Positions 38,801 to 50,800 of a stretch of DNA of 53,000 nucleotides are shown here, piece after piece. The notes beneath the pieces were generated by a model. It did not search any database. It worked only from the letters and a program-made list of their open reading frames with translations, and had not been told where the DNA came from. Position 1 is the first letter of the stretch, and each line of letters opens with the position of its first letter. Source of the stretch: Phoronis australis (taxonomy: Eukaryota > Animalia > Phoronida); the NCBI GenBank assembly GCA_002633005.1, contig NMRA01001122.1, positions 1-53,000 of the forward strand. The letters are read 5' to 3'. The translations under genes were made by a program, and so were the position numbers.

Positions 38801-41800
38801 ACATTCATTACAGTTTAGATGGTACACAACATGACATCTTTAAGAATTACTCAATGGTGTTTTTAGTCCAGGTTGACTTTTGTCATTACCATGGTACTGA
38901 GTATGGTACACATACAGCAAACGCTAATATAAGGTATCATACTTTTTCTGTACCATGTACTAACACTAGACTATTATAATTAAATAAAATCATCTATAAT
39001 AAACACGATCAGGTTTTTTACGACTTCGTTGAGACCGGCATGGCTCGAGTGGTAAAACCATGTGCTCACCCGCCTAAAATGTATTGGGGGGGCTCAAATT
39101 TTTGACAATGCGTACCTCTTACTTACAAAAAAACGGTGGACTAAAATACAAAAAGATCGGGGTACCACGTTCAAAGCTATGAATTGTGCATTCGCGGATT
39201 TTCACGGACTTTTTGTTCCTCTGAGGAGAACCTTTTTGCTCATTTCGCTAAGTGAGGTAGGGCGGACGTTGAAGTTTCCGAAGTGTCCAGCCTACATCCA
39301 ATTGCTGAATGAAGATGTATACCTGGTTCTGATTTACGAGCTTCCGCGAATATCTCTTGTATGTACCGTCTGTTAGGCAGTAGCTTTGCACTAGTTGCAG
39401 AATTATATAGGAACATGGTTCCTGTCATCTATGACAACTGGAGACGTCCAAAGTTTGTTGTTTTCGTCAGTCCTTGTATAACAGTTTCATTCCTGGCATA
39501 AACTGGCATAGATATGGTAGGCCTACTCATCGTTGCCTCCCATTTTTAAAGGCATTAATTGAAAACACAAAAGCAATGCACAATATGCAAAGGCGTCGCA
39601 CACAACACCCATGCATTTCAAGACCTGGCAACAAAATTAGAACCCGTGCACACTCTAGAAAAAAAGAACCAGAGAGGATCACTTGTTGTAGTTTTTTTTT
39701 TTTCATATTCACAATTTCGGAAATAGAGAAATTTTTCCATTTCAATATCTATATAGTTCGGCAGCATCCCTTCGTTAACACAAACTTCGTTGAAAAAACG
39801 ACTTAACTCTGTGTTTGAAAGCTTGATACTGAGTCGCTCGTAACATTTCGGGAAACTTAATATTGAGTCCGGGAAACTGGGTTGCAAGCTCGTCGCATAG
39901 AGACCTGTAGATAGGCGTATCCATTGTTCACTTTGTTTTTCTTTCTCATAATAAAGATAATGGTAAGCATTTATCGAACCGAGTGATATGCGCCCAAGGT
40001 ACGATATTCGTGGAACCTGCACTGTTATATCCATAAAGACGCAAGGAAGGAAAACAATGGTAGTGCCCAATAGGCGATAACGCCAGTCGCATGGATCTCG
40101 CAAGTTAAACAAGAGCTTGCGACATCCGTACGACGTCATTTGGATTGGGACGGTTTAGTTTTCTCTTATCTTCAGGTGTGCAGCTATATAGCAAAACACC
40201 GAGAGACATAAAAACAAGCAAACAAATTTAAACACTAGCTATATTTCGAGACTGCATGTCTCATCATCAGGCAATAAATGTAATTAACATACACGTAGCG
40301 AAATAAACAGTGAAATACACGTGACAGCGGGCAGAGATGCATACAAGCAGAGAGTGTGAATGTAACACACGATAGGAAGCCCACAACCTCATCGAAACAC
40401 AGCCAGCGTTCGGCGCACACCTGTGAGCTGCTCTTTCAACACAGTTTTTTCGTGTTCTGATCGATAGCGATTCCAAAATTTTTAGCCGAAATGTGTCATT
40501 TCCAACATAGCGAATGAAGGTATTGTCTACTATTTCTTGCCCAATCATTTTTTGGCCGTGTCGGTGTATAAAATGATCTTGAATGGACCTCTTTGCAAGT
40601 GCATGGACAACCGTCGCGAGAGCACACTGTCAGCCGATTTCATAAAGGTGGTTTGAAGTTAGACGGTTTTAACTAGATTTAGACCAGGTTTAAAGATAAT
40701 CTGCATTTCATCAAGGTGGTTTAACTTTTAGACCAGTATTCTAGTAAAACCTCATTTAACTCCAGTTAGACCTAATCTAAGTCAGTTTTCATTTCACCAA
40801 CGAGGTCCATATTCCTTAGACCTGTATTAAGATCTTAAACCAGGTTTAACTTTAGACTTGGTCAGACCCAGGTTTAATATTAGTTAAATATGACTGGCAT
40901 GATATAGGTGCAACTGAATGATGCCGCGGTGTGCATTTACGACGCAGTTTTAGAGCGAGAATGGACTATTTTCAAATTTCAGTTTTACAACGACACACGA
41001 TCAAACGTAGCAGGGGCGGATCCAGTATTTTTTTAAAGGGGGTTCGGATCAAAATTTTTTTAAAAGGGTGGACCAAGTCAACAATTTAAAAATTTTAGAT
41101 TTTATATCAATAAAATCAACGGAAAAAGGGTGTCCGGACCCCTTGACCCCTTGGATCCTCCTATGCGTAGACCAGTACGTGTTGTTGGGAGTCCTTCGGA
41201 TAACGACTGGTCGAGCAGGGCGTCATCGTCGTAAGCGCTACGGGTTTGACTGAAGACGGCATCTTCTCATTCTTCTGACCGAGTTCCACCTCCATTGGTC
41301 CCCGATTTAATGTTGCCGGCAGGAGTCCTGCCCCCTCTTTGGCCGCAAAAAATAAACTCTAAAATGAGGCGGACATAAATGTGGGCATTTATTACGTTGC
41401 AGCTAATCGTGAGCATGTACTTTAATGTGTGTATTTGTGTTGTGAACAGACATTACATACTTCCTCATGAGAAAAGTTTTAAACCCTTTTCGCAAATGTC
41501 TGCCCTGATTCTATTACTGTGGGCCATTGTATACCCACGTGATCAATTTTTGATCGAAGCACTTCAATAGTTCCTTTGTTGGGTAAATCCAGATCTGCAC
41601 AGTAGGGTGGCATGGATACTTTAAACTTGGCTTTACTAAACTCGCTCCCTAGTCTAACAAAACCAGGTTTTCAGACTTTAAAACCATGTTGGTGAAATGC
41701 AAGTTAGGTCTAAAAGTAGACCATGTTTAGGAGGAACAGGTTTAAGTGTTTAAGTCTTAAACCTGGTTTTGTTAAACCACCTTATGAAATCGGCTGTATG

Positions 41801-44800
41801 TGTCCATTGCAACACTGTTCACGAGAATGGAGACGAAACATTCGTCCATGTGAATTGGTAAACATCAATACAGTTGGCCACTGGTCAGAGTCTTTCACGA
41901 CTTCGGTTGTTTTTTCATGACAAGGTGACGTGACTTTTCATTCTGATTTGAATACACTACACCTCGCCCCCAACCTCGCACACTCTTGTCGTGACATGAA
42001 CACGGACCCTTCTTCGTCCGTCACTCCAACACTGACTACCACAGATTCAGCCCCTACCCTCGTAAGATTTGGCTACTTCCTGTCACCGGCACAATCTCCA
42101 CCCCTTCCGTTGCATCGTTTAGCACTAGAATCCGTGGCTTGTTTAAGATACATGTACGAGATGTCTAGTCTCAGCCCAAGTCTTTCCCTTTATATGTTGG
42201 ACAACATATGATGCACATTCCTGCCACTTGATGGCGCTTTTCTATTGAATTGACCAATCAGAGAGCCAGATTGTATTGTTGTGCTTAGTTACTTCAATAT
42301 GGCTGCTCCCATGGAGTGTGATGCCTGTATAATTCAAGGTTTATCAAACAGCACAAAATTGTGATGTCAGAGTCTAAAGAAGCTTAGGAAAGCTTCCTGA
42401 CGAAAGATGATTGACTAAAGAACTCTGTAGATCAGTAGATCAAAAAGAAGAAGAGGTGTCACAAACGTTTTTGCAGAAACCAGCTGCATGTCCTGGTAGC
42501 CTACACAGTAAGTCAGTACACAGTGCTGTAGACTAGAAGACCAAGTGTCAGACCAAAAAATTGGAAGGACATAGAACGGCATAGCAACGTTTCAAGGCAC
42601 CAACAGTAGTACTAAAGTTGAAGTTGCTGAAAGTGATACAGATGTTATCCAAGATTTCCCAAGAAAATCAATTACACTTCCAAAATCGGAAACGCCCAAT
42701 TAACGTGAACAAGATAGGAACATTCTGAAACATGAGTGCATCATTTGTTAGCAGGAAAAGTACATTATGGGCCACATTTCAAGAAAGAGAAAGAAAAATA
42801 GCTTTCAAAAACAGGTACGTGTTTTTTAAAAATACATCTTGGTGTTTTCCATGTGTGTATTATCACCAGTTGTTTTTTAACTTGTTCAGCCCCTTGGTTG
42901 CCTAGGCCTTAGACAATACTGCTGACCCAGTAGAGACGATGATCATACCATAGGTACTTCATATGCCAGAAACTTTTCGGCAAATTATGTTCCCGTAAGT
43001 TTAGAAGTACCGCGTAGAGAGATGTCTCTGAGGAGGTCGTTAATGTTTTCATTTGTTCCCAGTTTAAACAAATACTACTGCAATCCTGTTTTTCGAACAC
43101 TCCATTCAGTTGCCACACCGACACTGCTTGCGCTAAGGGATAATCCTATGGCGTTATACTGTGGGTGTGATTTTAAAGCATTTTAAGTCAAAAATTTTTG
43201 AGAAGGTTAAATGGAGTAGATGGTTGCAAACAACATATGCCCAAGTGGCCATCATCCCCTGCCGTAGTCTCAATTTTTTGTAAACATTAATTACTTGGGT
43301 AGCTGCAATGATAATTAAATTAAAGTGCCCAAGTGGCCATTGTCGCCGTCGAAATTTGAGGACCATGGAAGCCACTGTCCATTTCGTCAAACGTCGATTA
43401 CCTTAAGTGTAAATCGATTGACTATGGTTTGAGCATCTGATTTAAAAAATAAAAAATTAAATGTCAATCACTGCACAGGTATATCAGCTGATTTATTTTC
43501 AGTTGCATCTACTGATATAATTATTAGACGATCAACATTATTAGGCTACAGATCAGACAACATGTAAATTTGTTAGGCTGGTGGTGGATCAGTTCCTGAT
43601 AAGTCCGTCTGAAAAAGTTGCATGCCAACTCACTCATAGTTGAATGTTAAATTAGTGTTAACAGTTCGGGTTTTTTCAGTTGGACTTGTATCGCAAGCAA
43701 CAGCTCGGTCCAGAACCCTGAATATGCAAATGAAATTCAAAGATAAAGACCTTGTGTCTTAGAAGCCAAGTACCACAGATCATCATGCTATAAAAAATAG
43801 AAAGACAGCGATTGTGGAGAGTCACGAATTCACAGTTTTCAGAGATGTTTTTCTACAGTTTTGTGGGGAGTTCATTGAATCGAAGCTTCTAACACAAGGA
43901 GATGTCATTTGCCTTTCAATACTAAAGCAAGACTTTGAAGCTGTTCTTCAGAAAGCTGGTGTGCATGAAGTTATTTGAACAGGCAATCTTAAGAAATATT
44001 GTTGAAGCTACTCACTGTTGTAGTTTGTGCCTGACTAAGAGATACGAAAGTGAATTGAGGCAAGTGTTCAAAAATTCACTTGCTGACTCTAATTAACATA
44101 GCCCATTGTAACATATTTTGAATCAAACGTTTGCCCAAATAGTGCCCGCCTCCAAACAAGGACCCTTCATTGCCTGCGGGCTAATCACCAGTGTGCAGTG
44201 CTGTACCCTCTCTAATCGACCATAGTTGGCTCCTTGGCTGTGGAGCTTTGCAGTTAATTTGTATGGCAATGACCGCATCTCCATTGACAGTACTAAACGA
44301 TGAACGCTGCAAGTGCAAAAAGAACATGTGTGCTGGGAAACTGAGTTTGTGTTGCAATGCTGGGTCAAACTGTACAGAAATGTGCAGCTGTGACAACTGT
44401 AGTAACATCAGCAACACTGACTGCATAACATTGGATAGTTCTTTGACAAGTCAACCCTAAATAGACTTCCAACCCCGTTATTTCCTTTTTTGTATTAAAA
44501 AGTTAATTTTATTTGTTGATTAAGTCATAGAAAGTACATACTTTGATCATTGTCATGTATTTGTCTCATACTGCTTAATAAACGCTGTCAGAATAATCTA
44601 TTTTAATACAGTCTTTGTGCACATTCACAGAGATCATTCAACTATATTGTTTTTGTACTATAACATATTTCTGGTGTATTATGCAAACAAGCTGTATTTT
44701 ACACCATTAGTCAATGTTTTAGTCATTGAGGCACAAATTTTGCCCAGTCTCAAGTGTTTTGTGTTATTTTTGTTGCCTGACAATGCCAGAATAACTTCCT

Positions 44801-47800
44801 AGAAACATTCAGACTTAGTTTGTATTTTTGCCACTAGGTGTCTCTTTACGTTTTTTAAATTTCACTGTTTACAATTAATTTACAATAGTAAAACATGTAA
44901 TGTGAGTGTAATATTGTTCAATACAATGGCACTGATGGGACCATATTACTTGTTTTACAAAAAAGTCACCAAAACTGTTGTTTTTACAAATATAAGTTTA
45001 CTAAGCTCTTTGGTGATTATTAGGTAACTTCAAACTCAAATTTCTCAAAAATGTGCAACTTTATATGTGGGAACTTTTTAGATTTTGAAAACACTCTAAT
45101 AAATGAATTAAAAAACACCAAAATAAAATTACCCCCCTAAAGTACTCACAAAAACCATTTTCTAGAGGCCCTACAAAATCTGGCCCACCGACTATATCAG
45201 CCCTTGGGTATATAGGCGTCATACACAGCACGTCATAAACTAATACATGTAGCTCACTAGCGAGTTTCCAGTTATTTAATGTGACGGCACCGGAAGTAGG
45301 GCAAAGCCCGCCATATTGTTCTTGTTTTGCACCCGAGTCTTTGCTACACGCGCTAAATCTTACTGAATTGTTATGAAGAATTTCACGCTTAAAACCTTAC
45401 CACAACTTATGAGGTGGTTGATGGATCGTGGAATAACTGTCAATGGACGGAGAAAAGCTTAACTTGTTATGTTGTGCAAAGCTGTGAACGGACTGAAATT
45501 GGAACTCGAATCATGTACCGCGAATCTGAATTACATTTCTAATAACAGCAATGCTTGTTTGGCATTTTCGCATTAAAAGAATAAAAACTCGAAGTAAACT
45601 GAACAGAATACATTGTGCTAACGTAGTGGGTAAATGGCCAAACGGCAACCTTTTGCTCTAGTTCCGGTGACGTCACAGTTAAGTCTCACAGAATATCGCG
45701 TTATTATTATTAACCCGCGCAAGGACTACTGATGTTAAGACAATGAATTCGATTATGCATCTGTTATGTACGTCACTTCATGTATATTCATTGGTTATTA
45801 TCGCTTCATGCACTTGTTTTGCATACCTCTTAGGTTTCGGATACTCTCATTTCGACACCTTGTTGAGTCGCATATATAATTTTCTATTAGAATGCTTACC
45901 TGCTATTCTACTCCATGTAAACCTTTTTCTTGTTATTCATAACTATTTTAACTCCTTTTTGCACATTCTAATTTTTCTCAGCCTCGCTTGCTCTCCTTCG
46001 GGTGGGCGGATACATCCTTCTGCTGCATCGGTGGCAGATTGTCACCTACCTCTACAGCTCAACATATGATATAACTTTTGTATTTATCGATATCTGTAGT
46101 AGTTAAGTTTGCCACAGTATATGTGACCTTTATCTCACCCTCGTGTGTTGTTTCAGTGTAAACTAGCTTCGGTATCTTTTCACAGTTGGCACAAATAAAT
46201 ATCATTTAAGTATTTAATCATTTTATGTAAGCTATAGTGCTTCGTTCTCACTATCATATTGCTTTGGTTCTTGGGTTAGTGTCCCTCTGTTCTCCCGCTA
46301 TTGGTTTAATTGTACCACGTGGTTTCTTTGTCTCGTCGCAACACTGTGCCATCGTCTATAATTCTCTTCAATTTTGTATTTTTCAGTCTATTTCTATATC
46401 CATTCCTCCCTTCCTCAGTACATTTTCCTTCTCTATTAACCCTCAATTTTACCCTGTCGATGTGTTGCTTTGGAATATTGTCACCCATCTTTAAAGCTCA
46501 ACATTTATACAGACCTTCGTCATTCCTACAGTTGTGCCGATTGTCCTGCAGCTTGTCTCCCACCTTTACAACTCGACACATTATTTAACTTTGGTATTTA
46601 TCGATATCTCTAGTAGTTTAGTTTGTCTTAATGTATATGGCCTTTAATTCCATAAGCGTTGAATCAGTCGAGTGCAATAGGGCCAAGTGATATTGTTTTC
46701 CTTATTCACCTTCCGCACTACTTGCACAATGTCCTCTGACATTGAAAGTTCAAGAGGTAGGTCAATGTCGATTCGACGGCGTTAACTGGTTCGATCATCA
46801 ATCTTTCCGAACACAGTTTAAAGTAATAAAATTGCAGCAGTGTAAATATCACTCGACATGCAACCAAGTCCCGAACATAACATGTGGTACAAAACTGTTA
46901 ATTATATGACATTTCCCTCTCAGTTTTCAATTGCTAAATATTATATCGTCCTCGGTAACTTCAATTTCAAATATTGCTGTTATTTAACTATTTTTGGAAA
47001 TGCACAATTACCGTTTGTTTCATATTTGTTATCTCTTTTCAAGTAAGAAATCGTTACATTTCAAACTGTTTCTTTTACTAAAGAAAGCTTGTAAGCAATT
47101 GCGAAAGTATATACATATAGGATGTGATTTGCCACGTCAACACTGGAATGTGCCGAAAAAATGAAATAAACTTAAGAATTCGAAGCGGTCTCAGTCGATA
47201 CGCGGAATAATGTCTCCTTGGATTTTATTTCATCTACACTACTCTCTCTGGCTGTAGGTTTTGTGTGTTTATCTCACCCTCAGGTGTTGTTTCATTGTAA
47301 ACAGGTTCAGATATCGCTTCTCAGTTAGCGCGTAAAATGCCTGTAATTTGCGAAAACCTATAACTGTTAGAATATATATTGATTAAGCAATTAGTACGAA
47401 TGGATCCATTTTGAATTGCCCAAAATTTCTGCTAGCGTACTTTTAAATCATGGGGTCAAACTTGTTCACAGGTATTTTATCGTCAAAATCTATTTTTAGA
47501 TGGTGTTTACTACTTTGGTTCTGGGATCCAAAGCACTCTAGGGATTTTAGAAATATCTGAGAGCAAATCGTAACAGCCAATGATATGATTAGATAAGATC
47601 ATGTGGTTTTTATTAGCCAATCGCTATATAACTAGATTATTATAACTTGCGGTGAAGTTAACAAGATATTCAGATGAGCTATAGTAGTTGAAACTAAATG
47701 ACTTGCTACAGAGTACAGGGGAAATTGTACAGCAGAATCATCTCGTGGAATATTATAAGGAGAATCATGGCAAGGGCAAGCATTAACGAACAGCAAGTTA

Positions 47801-50800
47801 ACTAAGAGCTCGTGACTTGCATCGTAGGTAGTAAGATATTGCCTATAGTTTTGCGTCACGAGGGACTCTGACCACCGAGAGGAATCGTAAGTAGAAGATA
47901 CTGAATGTAGAGGTGCGTCACCAGAGACTGACCGGCAAGAAAAGTCGTGAGTAGAAGATACTGCCTGCAAGTGTTGTATCAGCAGAAACTGTGACCAGCA
48001 AGTACACTGTCGCAGCACAGTGTGTGTAGTTCGAAGATTCACCAACAGGACTGTCATCCAACAAGTGAAGAGTCCTAAAGCTTGGATAACAGATGAGACA
48101 TTTGATTAATTTGATTGATTAATTGAAGTATTCTTTACAGAGGGCGCTAGAGTGTTACTCTTCTTTTTAGTTGATTACTTAGTTGTGAACGTGTGATAAC
48201 ATCGAGCTTCTTTGTTAACTGCCAAGCACAGTCTTTTGTCTGGTATGACAACACTCAGATTTTAATAATAGTTGTGACAACAGGCAGGCCAATTATCAAC
48301 TAGTCTTATTACAGACCAGTTGTGAACACAGTCAAACCCAGAGGAAATTGGTACATTCGGAAAGAATAGCTTGTCCTAACTTCTGTTGTAGTTGGCCGAT
48401 TTTGGCAATTCAAAACTAAACATGATCACCATTTGACGAGGATTTCAGAAATGCCATTGGCTTATGTTCAAGTGTGTTATAACTTAACTTTTATTCTTAG
48501 CAGCACAGCCCAGTCACGCTAGATATGATCTTATTGGAGATTAGAGGAATTATCGAACAAAAGAGAGCTGGCTCTCCAACCATAAAAGCCAGAATGGCGT
48601 TAATCAGTCGTGTAAGATAATGGCTACAGGGGTGTTCTTCCAAACTTGTTGTTGGACTATAGAATCGAACAAGTTGGGAGCAACGGTAAAGCGCCGTAAT
48701 CAACACGTTTCACTTATTTAATTAGTGGTTTTCATATAATAAATTAATTACTGGGTTTAATCATTCCCTCTCCATCTACGCATTATCTCAAAAGCATAGC
48801 TACCTTTTGAACAAACCCACAATCAATCTTTGACAATAAAAATACACGGGAAAGCAGTGATCGAAAAAAATCCACGCTCCCACCGATCTTAGAGGTGAAA
48901 ACAAATGTGATGATATGAAAAAGTTACGTACAAAATTCCAGTCTGTTTGTTATACTGACAGCGTATACGGCATACATTCCCTCCAGGTCAACTTGCCACC
49001 AATGGGGTTTCGTATTGTCATCTGTTTGCGTACAGCTGTTCCCTGACCAGGCTGTGTCTTTGTTTCCATCGACAGCACGTGCCGAACCACTCCCATCAGA
49101 GGTGGTTGACTGGTAAGTGGGCTTGCCCAGTGCGATATTCTCTGTAATAAATATACATTGACCAGCAAAAACTTGCATAACTGGTTCTGGTTTGCGCCAT
49201 TCGCAAATGACAATGTACTCCTCACTGCTAAAAAACCCAATGCGCATTGCCTCTTGCGAACCTTTTTATCGAATGCTGCAAAAATATACCTAAGAAGTAA
49301 GTCTGACTGAGTTAGGCACTTTTATGCTTTTGGATCATTTATAAAATCTCTATTGTAAACTGTACTAGTCGTTATAATAAACAAATATCATTTATCATAT
49401 ACATTCTTTCAAAAGGACACTTTCTTCCAATTAGAAGTCATGTCTGCTTTATGTTTGGTCAAAACACGATCAACATTAATGCTGCAAACGAACAAAAACT
49501 TCATGGCAAAAGAGTTGCTAACTTGATGAAAACGTATCTTAGAAAGTCTGATCACGTTCAATGTGAATATTTATCGGCGCACAAACGTACCAGGCTCTGT
49601 GACATCTTCGTTGAAAAACGTGGCTGTACAATGAACCACGTTGCCTTCAAGGTACTTGAAAAGTTTAGTGGTTGTCTTGAACCTGGTTATTGTGGGTTTT
49701 CCTGAAATAGCGGTACGCGAACTTTACCCTAAACCTTTCACTCATTAAGTGCTGTTCAAAGAAGCAATATACTCTCACTCACAATTAATATGATTATGCC
49801 TACAGGTAGACCTTTTGAGTCACCTCAGATTCAGTCACACTATGACGTGGCTTCATCTGAAAGGTCTAACTTGAGTTCTGTCCATACACTCCGATTAGTC
49901 GCATGCCACCACGTAAACGACAAATCGGAGCATGCAACCACGTGCTTTGAACTAAAAAGTCATGTACCTATTCTTTGAGGTAAAGTACGTTGTATACTGC
50001 TTTTGTAAGAAACCATAGGGTACAGTCGCACCACTTTAAATAGACACTTCGCGCAATACTAAAGACCATCTCTGATTCTGCAGTACTTACACTCAATGCA
50101 GTGCATTCGCGGGACACCTGCTGTACACAGTTGCCGTTCTGAGCACTACTGGACATAAGTATTAGTAAGTTTGCCACGTCGCTCTGAGATGAGTAAAGTT
50201 TTACTGCTCAATAATGTGTTGCAATACAGATATAAATGAACTAAAAAGGTCAACGAGGTATGGTATGAAGCGACCCTCACTTGTCCCACTAGGCCCAGAA
50301 GTGTACTAGTGACCCTACGTGTCGAAATCAAAAGACAATCCCCTCAAATGAAGAGCCGATGCTTTAGGGATCTGATGCAATTCCGTATACATTCTGATTT
50401 TGAGCCCTATAAGCACACATTTAGGTCCGTGTGCCTAAATATGAAATAATTTGCCTTAAGGTTAACTGTGTCCAAGTAGTCCATGTACAGCTGCACTTAA
50501 GCTTCCCTTACTAGGTTCCTTGCGGTGTCTTAAAGTGGGCGTTTTCACGTGTTTTCGTCAATAGTTAAGACATTTTATTTAATAAATTTTTCCTCGCATG
50601 ATACTTTTAAGACTTGCCCATTGTTTTTTCTTAAGACTGCATTTTGCCCTGTTCAGCTCGCTGAAAAACGAACATGAAATACATTGTTGTTCCTTTACTC
50701 TCATGAAATAGGTCTCGTAATATTTGTTACCCCGACTAGTAGGATTACGCTTCAGAGTTTATTGGGATTGAACAAGTTTAAAACTCCAACTCGAGAATGG

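Noticed and set aside
44191-44460. Cys-rich ORF as a metallothionein or tesmin gene
   Set aside because: Context (upstream transposase motifs, GACTA terminus, frameshifts) fits an Academ transposase C-terminus
49142-49290. Open frames just upstream of FTL1 (AFDKKVRKRQCALG..., EEYIVICEW) as missing Ig or CTL exons
   Set aside because: No credible phase-compatible donor that leaves an intron of plausible length
50090-50150. Possible extra exon ending in a strong GTAAGT donor (CSERQLCTAGVPRMHCIE)
   Set aside because: The best acceptor gives phase 0 or 2, incompatible with the neighbouring phase-1 exons; the only phase-1 option is 27 nt with a poor pyrimidine tract
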